Of a stretch of DNA of 64,000 nucleotides, positions 1-9,096 are shown piece by piece; the stretch's first letter is position 1; each line of letters starts with the position of its first letter. The notes beneath the pieces are model-generated. The model did no database searches. It was not told where the DNA came from and saw only the letters and a program-made list of their open reading frames with translations. This stretch comes from Alphaproteobacteria bacterium (GTDB lineage: Bacteria > Pseudomonadota > Alphaproteobacteria > SMXQ01): the NCBI GenBank assembly GCA_035714115.1, contig DASTMO010000078.1, positions 42,461-106,460 on the forward strand. The letters are read 5' to 3'. The position numbers were made by a program, and so were the translations under genes.

Positions 1-2
1 AG

Positions 3-1364
3 GTTTATAAAACCTTCGCCGCATGGCAGGCCACCGTGCCGGCCAAAGAATTCGAGCGCAAGCGCAAGGAAGCGGAGCTGCTGTTCCGCCGCCTCGGCAT
101 CACCTTCCTGGTCTACGGCAAGGAAAGCTCGACCGAACGGCTGATCCCGTTCGACGTCATTCCGCGCATCTTCACCGCCGAGGAATGGCAGCATATCCAT
201 GCCGGCTGCACCCAGCGCGTGCGCGCCATTAACGCATTTCTCGGCGACATCTATCACGGCCAGGACATCCTGCGCGCCGGACGCATCCCCGCCGAAGACA
301 TCCTGACCAATTCGCAATATCGCCCCGAGATGCAGGGGCTCGATGTGCAGAACGGCACCTACGTCCATATCGCCGGCCTCGATCTGGTGCGCACCGGCGA
401 GCGCGATTTTTACGTGCTGGAAGACAATCTGCGCACGCCGTCCGGCGTCTCTTACATGCTGGAAAACCGCAACGTCATGATGCGGCTCTTCCCCGACCTG
501 TTCTCGGCGCACAAGGTCGCGCCGGTTGACCACTATCCGGCGCATCTGATGCAGGCGCTGCGCGCGGTGGCGCCCGACGGCAAGCCGAACCCGACCGTCG
601 TGCTGCTCTCGCCCGGCGCCTACAACAGCGCCTATTTCGAGCATGTCTTCCTCGCCGACCAGATGGGCATCGACGTCGTCGAAGGCCAGGATCTGTTCGT
701 CAAGAACGGCTGCGTCTTCATGCGCACCACCAAAGGCCCGCAGCAGGTCGACGTGATCTATCGCCGCGTCGACGACGATTATCTCGACCCGCTGGCCTTC
801 CACCGCGATTCGATGCTCGGCGTGCCCGGCTTGCTCGCCGCCTACCGCGCCGGCAACGTCACGCTCGCCAACGCCATCGGCACCGGCGTCGCCGACGACA
901 AGTCGATGTACGTCCATGTGCCGGAGATGATCCGCTTCTATCTCGGCGAAGAGCCGATCCTGCAAAACGTGCCGACCTACGTGCTGCGCGAGGACGATGA
1001 CCGCGCCTACGTGCTCGACAATCTCGACAAGCTCGTGGTCAAGGAAGTGCACGGCTCTGGCGGCTACGGCATGCTCGTCGGCCCCGCCGCGACGACGAAG
1101 GAGCGCCAGGCCTTCGCCAAGCGCATTATCGCCAATCCGGGCAATTACATCGCCCAGCCGACCCTGTCGCTCTCGACCTGCCCGACATTCGTCGCCAAGG
1201 GCATCGCGCCGCGCCACGTCGATTTCCGGCCCTTCGTGATCAGCGGCAAGACCCAGACGCTGGTCCCCGGCGGCCTGACGCGCGTCGCCCTCATCAAAGG
1301 CTCGCTGGTGGTCAATTCGTCGCAGGGCGGCGGCACCAAAGACACCTGGATCCTGGAGGCCTAA
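3..1364 (+). CDS. Circularly permuted ATP-grasp type 2 protein (COG2308 family), 5'-partial: the reading frame is open to the window edge
   Basis: ORF 36..1364 stays open in frame back to position 3. The sequence (KRKEAELLFRRLGITF, LIPFDVIPRIF) matches the CP-ATP-grasp family that normally precedes an alpha-E protein. About 30-40 N-terminal residues are probably outside the window. Confidence 0.8.
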   Translation, partial: VYKTFAAWQATVPAKEFERKRKEAELLFRRLGITFLVYGKESSTERLIPFDVIPRIFTAEEWQHIHAGCTQRVRAINAFLGDIYHGQDILRAGRIPAEDILTNSQYRPEMQGLDVQNGTYVHIAGLDLVRTGERDFYVLEDNLRTPSGVSYMLENRNVMMRLFPDLFSAHKVAPVDHYPAHLMQALRAVAPDGKPNPTVVLLSPGAYNSAYFEHVFLADQMGIDVVEGQDLFVKNGCVFMRTTKGPQQVDVIYRRVDDDYLDPLAFHRDSMLGVPGLLAAYRAGNVTLANAIGTGVADDKSMYVHVPEMIRFYLGEEPILQNVPTYVLREDDDRAYVLDNLDKLVVKEVHGSGGYGMLVGPAATTKERQAFAKRIIANPGNYIAQPTLSLSTCPTFVAKGIAPRHVDFRPFVISGKTQTLVPGGLTRVALIKGSLVVNSSQGGGTKDTWILEA

Positions 1365-1367
1365 GCG

Positions 1368-2309
1368 ATGTTAGGTCGCAGCGCCAATCATCTCTACTGG
1401 ATGTCGCGCTATATCGAACGCGCCGAGAACACCGCGCGCATTCTCGAGATCAGCCAGCGCATGGCACTGCTGCCGCATGTCGCCAAGAAAGGCGCCAGCG
1501 AATGGCAGGCCGTGCTCGAGATCGCCGGCGACGCCGCCGACTTCGAAGCGCGCTATGGCGAAGTGACGGCGGCGAAAGTCACCGCCTATCTCACGCTCGA
1601 CCGCGAGAACCCCTCCAGCATCTGGTCGACGATCCGCGCCGCGCGCGAAAATGCCCATGCCGAACGCGTCTCGATCACTTCGGAAATGTGGGAAAGCCTC
1701 AACGCCACCTGGCTTGAGGTGAAGGACCTGACGCCGGACATGCTCGGCAAGCACGGCCAGCGCGACTTCTTCGATTGGATCAAGGAGCGCTCGCATCTGT
1801 TCCGCGGCATCACCTTCGGCACCATGCTGCGCGACGAGGCCTATCACTTCGGCCGCCTCGGCACCTTCGTCGAGCGCGCCGACAATGTCGCGCGCATCCT
1901 CGACGTCAAATATCACGTGCTGTTGCCCTCGGTGGAGGATGTCGGCGGCGCGATCGACAATTTCCAATGGGGCGCGCTGCTGCGCTCCGTCTCGGGTTTC
2001 CGCGCCTACCATCGCGTCTACCACGACACGATCGAGCCGAGCCGCGTCACCGAGCTTCTCATCCTCAACGATTCGATGCCGCGCTCGCTGCATGCCTGCC
2101 TCGACAACACCGTCAGCCTGCTCGCCATGCTGAGCGAGGGCCGCCCCAACGAGGCCGCGCGCCTGGCCGGCGAGGTGCATGCTTCGCTGCACTACGGCAA
2201 GATCAGCGACATCTTCAAGACCGGCCTGCACGAGTTTCTGACGATCTTCATCCGACGCAACAATGCATTGTCGGCGGAGATCCAGAACAGCTTCCACCTC
2301 GCGGCTTAA
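1368..2309 (+). CDS. Alpha-E domain protein (COG2307/DUF403)
   Basis: 313 aa, starts 4 nt after the CP-ATP-grasp stop. Conserved MLGRSANHLYWMSRYIERAEN N-terminus typical of alpha-E proteins. Confidence 0.8.
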   Translation: MLGRSANHLYWMSRYIERAENTARILEISQRMALLPHVAKKGASEWQAVLEIAGDAADFEARYGEVTAAKVTAYLTLDRENPSSIWSTIRAARENAHAERVSITSEMWESLNATWLEVKDLTPDMLGKHGQRDFFDWIKERSHLFRGITFGTMLRDEAYHFGRLGTFVERADNVARILDVKYHVLLPSVEDVGGAIDNFQWGALLRSVSGFRAYHRVYHDTIEPSRVTELLILNDSMPRSLHACLDNTVSLLAMLSEGRPNEAARLAGEVHASLHYGKISDIFKTGLHEFLTIFIRRNNALSAEIQNSFHLAA

Positions 2310-2320
2310 GGCGGCATCCG

Positions 2321-3178
2321 ATGAAGCTCGCGATCCAGCACACCACGCTCTACCGCTACGATGCGCCGGTGAACTACACGATCCAGTATCTGCGTCTCAG
2401 CCCGCGTTCCTCCGCCTCGCAGCGCGTGCTGCGTTGGAAGGTGGAGACCCCGGGCGAGGTCATCGAGATGACCGACGCCTTCGGCAACATCCTAAACGTC
2501 CTCGTCGTCGACGAGCCGCATCAGGAGATCGCCATTCGCGTCACCGGCGAGGTCGAGACGACCGATATGGCCGGCGTGGTCGGCAACGAGAACGAGACCC
2601 TGCCGCCCGGCGTCTTCCTGCGCCGCTCTCATCTGACCGAGGGCGGCGACGCCGTCGAGGATATGATCTCGCCGTTGCGCAAATTGATCGCCAAGGACCG
2701 GCTCGAAGGCCTGCACAGCCTGCTCGGCACCGTGAGCGGTGCCGTCGCCTACCGCCAAGGCGAGACCGACGCGGCCACCACCGCCGCCGACGCGCTGGCG
2801 CAAGGCTCCGGCGTCTGCCAGGACCAAGCCCATGTCTTCGTCGCCGCGTCGCGCGCGCTCGGCGTGCCGGCGCGCTATGTCTCGGGCTATCTGCATGTGG
2901 GCCTCGGGGCGTCGGACAACGCCTCGCATGCCTGGGCCGAAGCCTGGGTCGACGCGCTCGGCTGGGTCGGGTTCGACATCACCAACGGCATCTCGCCGAC
3001 CGACCAGCATCTGCGCCTCGCCGTCGGCCTCGACTATCTCTCCTGCGCGCCGGTGCGCGGCGTGCGCCGCGGCGGCGGTTCCGAGGCGCTCGACGTCACG
3101 GTGCAGGTGAACCAGGGCAGCCTCGCCGTCATGCCCATGGCGCTGCTCTCGCCCGACAGCGGGCAGGCGCAGCAATAA
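2321..3178 (+). CDS. Transglutaminase-like family protein (N-terminal Bact_transglu_N plus TGase core)
   Basis: ATG at 2321 (MKLAIQHTTLYRYDAPV), in frame with the long 1775..3178 ORF. Cys/His/Asp triad context: GSGVCQDQAH, HAWAEAW, GFDITNG. Confidence 0.8.
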   Translation: MKLAIQHTTLYRYDAPVNYTIQYLRLSPRSSASQRVLRWKVETPGEVIEMTDAFGNILNVLVVDEPHQEIAIRVTGEVETTDMAGVVGNENETLPPGVFLRRSHLTEGGDAVEDMISPLRKLIAKDRLEGLHSLLGTVSGAVAYRQGETDAATTAADALAQGSGVCQDQAHVFVAASRALGVPARYVSGYLHVGLGASDNASHAWAEAWVDALGWVGFDITNGISPTDQHLRLAVGLDYLSCAPVRGVRRGGGSEALDVTVQVNQGSLAVMPMALLSPDSGQAQQ

Positions 3179-3269
3179 GAGCCGCCGCGCGGCGCTTTCT
3201 CCTAGAGCCGGCGCAGCCCCTCCGTTATCCTGCCGGCCCGTTCCCCCGCCTTCGGATGCGCCCTCCGCC

Positions 3270-4001
3270 ATGACCTACGCCGTCGGTTTCCTACTCGACT
3301 CCGGACTTCTGTTCGCCGCCGACACGCGCACCAACGCCGGCGTCGACCATGTCTCGACCTTCCGCAAGCTGACCGTCTTCGAAAAGCCCGGCAGCCGCGT
3401 GATGACGCTGCTGTCGGCCGGCAACCTTGCCATCACCCAGGCGGTGATCGAGGAGCTCAACGTCGGCATCGCCGCCAAACGCAAAGAGAATCTGTTGAAC
3501 GTCAAGACGATGTTCGCCGCCGCGCGCCTGGTCGGCGCCGCCGTGCGCAAGGTGCATGACGTCGACGCTGCGGCGCTGCGCCAGCAGGACACCGATTTCA
3601 ACGTCTCCTTCATCTTCGGCGGCCAGATCAAGGGTGAGCGCCATCGTCTGTTCCAGATTTATTCGGCCGGCAATTTCGTCGAAGCCGCGCCCGACAGCCC
3701 CTATTTCCAGATCGGCGAGAACAAGTACGGCAAGCCGATCATCGATCGCGTCATCACCTACAAATCGAGCCTGATGGAAGCGGCGAAATGCACGCTGCTC
3801 TCGTTCGATTCGACGATGCGAAGCAACGTATCGGTCGGCCTGCCGATCAACATGCTGACTTATCGCAAGAACAGCTATAAGCGCGGCTTCGAAGTCGAGG
3901 TCGACGCGGCCAACGATTATTATCGCAGCGTCGGCGGCTACTGGAGCGATGCCTTGCGCTTCGCGTTCCAGGAAATGCCCAACCCCGACTGGAAGATCTG
4001 A
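3270..4001 (+). CDS. Proteasome-type (Ntn-hydrolase-like) protease, COG3484 family
   Basis: 243 aa, MTYAVGFLLDSGLLFAADTRTNAG. This is the fourth member of the conserved CP-ATP-grasp/alpha-E/TGase cassette. Confidence 0.65.
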   Translation: MTYAVGFLLDSGLLFAADTRTNAGVDHVSTFRKLTVFEKPGSRVMTLLSAGNLAITQAVIEELNVGIAAKRKENLLNVKTMFAAARLVGAAVRKVHDVDAAALRQQDTDFNVSFIFGGQIKGERHRLFQIYSAGNFVEAAPDSPYFQIGENKYGKPIIDRVITYKSSLMEAAKCTLLSFDSTMRSNVSVGLPINMLTYRKNSYKRGFEVEVDAANDYYRSVGGYWSDALRFAFQEMPNPDWKI

Positions 4002-4003
4002 GC

Positions 4004-4585
4004 ATGCTGCGACGGCTTTACGACTGGACGATGTCGCTCGCCTCGGGGCGGCATTCCGAACGGGCGCTGGCCGGCGTCTCATTCGTCGAAAGCTCGTTCT
4101 TTCCGATTCCGCCGGACATCCTTTTGATCCCGATGATCATCGCCCAGCCGCAGAAGGCTTGGCGGCTGGCGACCATCGCCACCATTTCCTCGGTGGTCGG
4201 CGGCTTCCTCGGCTACGCCATCGGCTATTTCCTGTTCGAAGCCGTCGGCCAGCCGATTCTGCAGTTCTACGGCATCGTCGACAAATACGACGAGCTCAAG
4301 CATCTGTTCGACACCTGGGGCGCCTGGATCATCATCGTCAAAGGCATGACGCCGATCCCCTACAAGTTCCTGACCATCACCGCGGGCGCGCTGCATTTCG
4401 ACCTGCTGGTCTTCACGATCGCCTCCGTGATTTCGCGCGGCCTGCGCTTCTTCCTCGTCGCCGCGCTCTTGTGGAAATTCGGCGAGCCGATCCGCGACTT
4501 CATCGAAAAGCGTTTGACGCTGGTCCTCACGCTCGGCCTTGTGATTTTGATCGGCGGCTTCGTCGTGATCAAATATCTGATCTGA
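4004..4585 (+). CDS. YqaA/DedA-family inner membrane protein
   Basis: 193 aa with multiple hydrophobic helices and the SFFPIPPD motif typical of the DedA/YqaA (SNARE-associated) family. Confidence 0.7.
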   Translation: MLRRLYDWTMSLASGRHSERALAGVSFVESSFFPIPPDILLIPMIIAQPQKAWRLATIATISSVVGGFLGYAIGYFLFEAVGQPILQFYGIVDKYDELKHLFDTWGAWIIIVKGMTPIPYKFLTITAGALHFDLLVFTIASVISRGLRFFLVAALLWKFGEPIRDFIEKRLTLVLTLGLVILIGGFVVIKYLI

Positions 4586-4608
4586 TCCGCCTCCCCGGAG
4601 AGTCCGCC

Positions 4609-5151
4609 ATGCCGATCGCTCCCGGCGTCCCCCTGCAGCCGCGCGGCGACATCGCCGCCCGCACCGCCTTTCTCGGTTTGCTCGCCGCGAGCGTGCTGAT
4701 CCTCGGCGGCGCCTTCGCCTTCCAATTCATCGGCGGCCTGCACCCTTGCGCGCTCTGCCTGTGGCAGCGCTACCCCTACGCCGTCATCATCGGCCTCGCC
4801 GGCATCGGCGCCGGTCTCGCGCGCGCCGGGGTCCAGCGCCACCATCTGGCCATCCTCATGGGCCTTTGCGCCCTCGCCTTCATGATCGATGCCGGCATCG
4901 CCGGCTTCCATGTCGGCGTCGAGCAGAAATGGTGGGAAGGCTTGAGCACCTGCTCGGGCACGGTGAGCGGCGCCGCCAGCCTGGACGACCTGCGCGACCG
5001 CCTGCTCGCCGCGCCGGTGATCCGCTGCGACGAGATCGCTTGGTCGATGTTCGGCATCTCCATGGCGGGCTATAATTTCCTCATGGCTCTCGCGCTCGGC
5101 CTTCTCAGCCTGCGCCTGACCGCTTCCTTCGCCAAAACGCCGACGCCGTGA
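4609..5151 (+). CDS. dsbB: DsbB-like disulfide bond formation protein
   Basis: In-frame ATG at 4609 inside the long 3949..5151 ORF. About 180 aa, four TM segments, a CxxC pair (HPCALCLW) in the first loop and a second Cys pair (TCSG...IRCDE) in the second loop. Confidence 0.6.
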   Translation: MPIAPGVPLQPRGDIAARTAFLGLLAASVLILGGAFAFQFIGGLHPCALCLWQRYPYAVIIGLAGIGAGLARAGVQRHHLAILMGLCALAFMIDAGIAGFHVGVEQKWWEGLSTCSGTVSGAASLDDLRDRLLAAPVIRCDEIAWSMFGISMAGYNFLMALALGLLSLRLTASFAKTPTP

Positions 5152-5152
5152 C

Positions 5153-5707
5153 ATGACAGAGAATTCTCGCCCCCATCGCCTGCCCGGCGATCCCGACCGC
5201 GCCGACGCCATCGAACGCATGATCCGCGTCGATCATGCCGGCGAGCATGGCGCCGTGCGCATCTATGACGGGCAGATGGCGGTGCTCAAACGCGGCCCGG
5301 CGGCGCGCGCGATCCGCCATATGGCGGCGCAGGAAAAGCGCCATCTCGAACGGTTCGACAAGCTGATGAACGAGCGCCGCGTGCGCCCGACCCTGCTCGC
5401 GCCGATCTGGGACGTCGCCGGTTTCGCCCTCGGCGCGGCTTCGGCGCTGATGGGGCCGAAGGCGGCGATGGCCTGCACGGTCGCCGTCGAGGAAGTGATC
5501 GAGGAGCATTACCGCCATCAGGCGGAGCAGCTCGGCCAGGACGATCCGACGCTCAAAGCGACGATCGAGGAATTTCGCGCCGACGAAATGAGCCACGGCG
5601 CCACCGCGCTCGATTACGGCGCGAAAGACGCGCCGCTCTATGACGCCTTTTCTTCTGTGGTGAAGGGCGGCGCGCGCCTCGCCATCTGGCTGTCGACCCG
5701 CATCTAG
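5153..5707 (+). CDS. coq7: Demethoxyubiquinone hydroxylase Coq7 (di-iron carboxylate)
   Basis: 184 aa with ExxH-type di-iron motifs (DHAGEHGAVRIY, EEFRADEMSH), typical of bacterial COQ7. Confidence 0.8.
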   Translation: MTENSRPHRLPGDPDRADAIERMIRVDHAGEHGAVRIYDGQMAVLKRGPAARAIRHMAAQEKRHLERFDKLMNERRVRPTLLAPIWDVAGFALGAASALMGPKAAMACTVAVEEVIEEHYRHQAEQLGQDDPTLKATIEEFRADEMSHGATALDYGAKDAPLYDAFSSVVKGGARLAIWLSTRI

Positions 5708-5806
5708 CGCGCCTTCGCGCGACGCGCCTCTAAAAAGAATCGAACCTCACAAACGCGAACGGCCGCACCTCGATGAGGCGCGGCCGTTGCTGAACGCAAT
5801 CTGGCG

Positions 5807-6493
5807 TCAGTTCGCCGCGAAGCAGTAGAACAGGCCAGCGCCGCCGCTGCTGCGCAGCGCGTCGACGCTGCAGCCGCCGCGCGAGCGATGCGAGGTGTTC
5901 CACGAGCGCGCCGGAATCGTCTCATCGAGGCCCTCGCGGTCGTGGTGGCCGAGCATCGCGCCGCCTTCGGCGCCGCTGCGCGTCCAGTTGCCGCAGGTCA
6001 TGTCCTCGCCGGCGGCATAAGCCATGCCGTTGGGCTGCGAACCGGTGAGGATGTCGTGCGTGTTGGGCTGATCGCCGCGGCCGTTGATGCGCATGCCCTT
6101 CTCGCTCAGCGCAGTGAAGCGGCTGAGATTGTTGTTGCCGTCATGCAGGTCGGCGAGCGTGCGCGCGACGACGACGCCCATGGCGTTCTGCCACGGCCCG
6201 GCGCCGATGCGATCGCGCGCGTTGACCGCCGGCTGGCCGCCTTCGGCCTGCGTCGAGAGATAGGCGCGCCAGGTTTTGTTGCCGGCGCCCGCCGCCTGGG
6301 CGAGAGCCTGACACTGCTTATCGGCGCCGGCGAGACCGCCGAGATCGCCGCCCTTGCCGGAGCCGACGCTGGTGACGAAGAAGGTCATCTCGGAGGCCTT
6401 GCTCATTTGCTGAGCCTGCGCGCTGGCCAGCGGCAGCAGCGCGAGCGCCGCGCCGGCGGCGACGAGACGAATGGCCTTGGTCGTGATGTGCAT
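5807..6493 (-). CDS. Secreted hypothetical protein (signal peptide, four Cys, Gly/Asn-rich)
   Basis: Start placed at MHITTKAIRLVAAGAALALLPLASAQA, a signal peptide with an AxA cleavage site. The rest has no family I can name. Confidence 0.5.
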   Translation of the reverse strand: MHITTKAIRLVAAGAALALLPLASAQAQQMSKASEMTFFVTSVGSGKGGDLGGLAGADKQCQALAQAAGAGNKTWRAYLSTQAEGGQPAVNARDRIGAGPWQNAMGVVVARTLADLHDGNNNLSRFTALSEKGMRINGRGDQPNTHDILTGSQPNGMAYAAGEDMTCGNWTRSGAEGGAMLGHHDREGLDETIPARSWNTSHRSRGGCSVDALRSSGGAGLFYCFAAN

Positions 6494-6652
6494 AGCGATC
6501 CCCTGTGTGATTGCGCGCGATCGCGCGTTCTTGTGCCGCGACTTTAGCAACCGGGACCGCGGCGAGGGATCACAAGGCCGTAATGCTGCGCCGCGAGAGG
6601 GGCGGCGTTCTGCTGAACGAAAGTATGGGCGACGCAGAACAGCGCGATCGTC

Positions 6653-7216
6653 TTAGAACTGTTCCAGCTCGCTGTCCCAATAGAGGAAGTCGCGCCAGCT
6701 TTCATGCAGATAATTCGGCGGATAGGCGCGCCCGTTCTCCTGCAGCTGGATCGTGCTCGGCTGCACCGGACGCACGCGTGGAAACATCTGCGCGTCCGCC
6801 GGCATCACCCCGCCCTTCTTGAGATTGCACGGCTCACAGGCGGCGACGACGTTGGTCCAGCTCGTGCGTCCGCCGAGCGATTTGGGAATCACATGGTCGA
6901 AGGTGAGGCCTTCGGCCGGGCTGCGCACGCCGCAATATTGGCAGGAGAAGCGGTCGCGCAGGAACACGTTGAACCGCGTGAAGGCCGGACGGCGCGCCGC
7001 CGGGATGTAATCCTTCAGCGACACAACCGACGGCAGACGCATGGCGCGCGTCGGCGAATGCACTTCGCGGTCGTATTCCGAGACAATATTGACGCGCCCC
7101 AAGAACACCGCTTTCACGGCTTCCTGCCAAGGCCACAGAGACAAGGGAAAATAGGAGAGCGGCCGAAAATCGGCGTTCAGGACCAGCGCGGGACAGCTAT
7201 CTGGCGAAGCAAGCAA
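6653..7216 (-). CDS. HNH endonuclease (stand-alone)
   Basis: 187 aa. HNH motif CQYCGVRS...LTFDHVIPKSLGG...NVVAACEPCNLKKG. Confidence 0.8.
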   Translation of the reverse strand: MLASPDSCPALVLNADFRPLSYFPLSLWPWQEAVKAVFLGRVNIVSEYDREVHSPTRAMRLPSVVSLKDYIPAARRPAFTRFNVFLRDRFSCQYCGVRSPAEGLTFDHVIPKSLGGRTSWTNVVAACEPCNLKKGGVMPADAQMFPRVRPVQPSTIQLQENGRAYPPNYLHESWRDFLYWDSELEQF

Positions 7217-7375
7217 CGCTCACTCCCTGGGGATAAGAGCCACTCAACGCTCATATCAAACAACAGGCCGGTGACCGTTTCAAGACCGCCGAGGGCTTTT
7301 TCGCAACCCCTGGTAGGAACCGCTGTTTAAAACCCCTAAAGGCAGCGTTTCTGTAAGAAAGTTTCAGAGCGGAAA

Positions 7376-8041
7376 TCAGGCCGCCGCGAACAGGCCGCGC
7401 AGGAAGGCGCCGCCGAGGGTGAGGCCTTCCATGTCGATGGAATGGCCGAGGCCGGGCCGCGTATGGCCTTCCACCGGCACATCGAGCGCGTCGAGCGCCG
7501 AGACCGACAATTGATGCAGGCCGTAATCGACCACCGGATCGTCGTCGCCGTGGATCAGCATCACCGGCGGGCGCACGCGGATCTCACTCGCAAGGGTTTC
7601 CGCGCCCAAGAGCGCGCCGGAATAGCCGAGCACGCCGGCGCAAGGGCTGACGCGGCGCAGCGCCACATGCAACGCCGTCATCGTGCCTTGCGAGAAGCCG
7701 ACGAGGGCGAGCTGCGCGTCGGTCAGCTTGCGCGCTTCCAGTTCCAGATCGAGGAATCTGTCGAGGATCGGCGCGGCCATGCGCGCGCCTTCCATCATGC
7801 GCGCCGGAGCGCGGTCGCTCAGGCTGAACCACTGCCGGCCGAACGGCGCCATCTCGCAAGGAAAGGGCGCATGCGGCGAAACGAACGCCGCATCGGGCAG
7901 AAGCCGCGCGAAATGCGGCGCCAGGCCGATCAGATCGTTGCCGTCGGCGCCGTAGCCATGCAGCAGCACGATAAGCTGCTTGGCCGGGCCGCCCGAGGCC
8001 GGATCGAGCGACGGGCCTTCGAGTTTCGGATAGCTGCTCAT
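7376..8041 (-). CDS. Phospholipase/carboxylesterase family alpha/beta hydrolase
   Basis: Start at MSSYPKLEG (ATG 8039-8041). LLHGYGADGND, GFSQGTM nucleophile elbow, Asp/His downstream. Confidence 0.75.
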   Translation of the reverse strand: MSSYPKLEGPSLDPASGGPAKQLIVLLHGYGADGNDLIGLAPHFARLLPDAAFVSPHAPFPCEMAPFGRQWFSLSDRAPARMMEGARMAAPILDRFLDLELEARKLTDAQLALVGFSQGTMTALHVALRRVSPCAGVLGYSGALLGAETLASEIRVRPPVMLIHGDDDPVVDYGLHQLSVSALDALDVPVEGHTRPGLGHSIDMEGLTLGGAFLRGLFAAA

Positions 8042-8946
8042 GGCTTTTCCCCTTTGGCCGCGTCGAATTCGGCCATGTCGCCGGACGCGACTCCACCGAC
8101 CCAGCGCCTGAGGCCGGCGACGAGCGCGAGATACTCCGGTTCGTCCGGGCCGATCAATCCCTCGCGGATCAGAAAATCGATGATCACGAGGTTGCAGTTG
8201 AACTTGAAATCGAAGCTGCCGCGCACCGTTTCCATCACGCGCTCGATCGGCCACAACTCGAAGCCGGCACTTTCGCCGTCGTTCGGCTTGGGGCGGAAAT
8301 CCGCCGGCAGCTCAAGATCGTAAACGAAAAGAATATCGGGCCGCAGGCCGCCATCGCGCTCGCAGCAATAGGTGATGGCGCTGGACGGCCGCGCGCGCGT
8401 CGCCAGCGCCGCCGGAATGCTGGCCTCTTCATCGCATTCCTTCACCAGGGTATCGAACACGCCATGACCAAAGGAGATGCCGCCGGCGCAAAGATTGTCG
8501 AGCTCGTTGGGATAGGTCGCCTTGCTGGCGCTGCGCCGCGACACCCACATGCTGAGTTTCGCACCGTCGCGCACGATGCCGTTGAGATGCACGCCGAGCG
8601 AAGTCACGCCGAACTTGGGCGCGGCGGCGCGCTCGACGCGCAGCAAAGGCTCCGCGCCGAAACGCGGCGCCACGGCATAGAACTCGTCGCGCCAGGCCGT
8701 CACGGTGCCGTCGGCGCGAAAGGCATCGGTGACGTCCTTCATCGCGGCGCTGCGCGCGTCGAAGCCGGCGAGCGCCTCGCTCATGCGCACGGCATCTTCG
8801 ACGACGGCGAAGACTTTCGGAAAAGCGGCGAGACGCGGCGCGAAAGCCCGCGCGATCCAACCGACACGCTGCCCCGCAACGATGAAGGGGAGATAGCGCG
8901 CCGGATCGTGATCGTTGCAGACGCGGATGTGATCGAGAAAGGCCAT
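8038..8946 (-). CDS. NUDIX hydrolase with N-terminal DUF4743-like domain
   Basis: 302 aa. Nudix-box-like region around GGISFGHG...E. 4-bp overlap with the downstream hydrolase gene. Confidence 0.65.
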   Translation of the reverse strand: MAFLDHIRVCNDHDPARYLPFIVAGQRVGWIARAFAPRLAAFPKVFAVVEDAVRMSEALAGFDARSAAMKDVTDAFRADGTVTAWRDEFYAVAPRFGAEPLLRVERAAAPKFGVTSLGVHLNGIVRDGAKLSMWVSRRSASKATYPNELDNLCAGGISFGHGVFDTLVKECDEEASIPAALATRARPSSAITYCCERDGGLRPDILFVYDLELPADFRPKPNDGESAGFELWPIERVMETVRGSFDFKFNCNLVIIDFLIREGLIGPDEPEYLALVAGLRRWVGGVASGDMAEFDAAKGEKP

Positions 8947-9096
8947 TAGGTTGTATCGAGATGATCTTGCTTGTTCCGTCTCGGCTTACCCGGCGGCTTG
9001 CCTTGACGCAAGAGGCCTGCGGAGCCAGAGTGCCGAACCGCTCAAAAAAACGCTGGCCCCGGCGTCGCCGACGCAACACCGCCCGCTTTTCGCCGT

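Noticed and set aside
1775-3178. 467-aa ORF spanning the alpha-E gene and the transglutaminase gene
   Set aside because: The N-terminal 180 codons overlap the alpha-E gene in another frame and look non-protein-like. The true start is the ATG at 2321 (MKLAIQHTTLYRY), the typical transglutaminase N-terminus.
2263-3273. Numerous long Arg/Pro/Gly/Ala-rich ORFs on both strands (e.g. 2263-3273, 16680-17567, 24339-24974, 28507-29232, 52620-53204, 56463-58493)
   Set aside because: Their composition is typical of off-frame or antisense translation of high-GC coding DNA. Each overlaps a well-supported gene in another frame.
8429-9079. 216-aa minus-strand Arg-rich ORF over the NUDIX gene and promoter region
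   Set aside because: It is in an off-frame of the NUDIX gene with low-complexity Arg/Ala content, so it is spurious.
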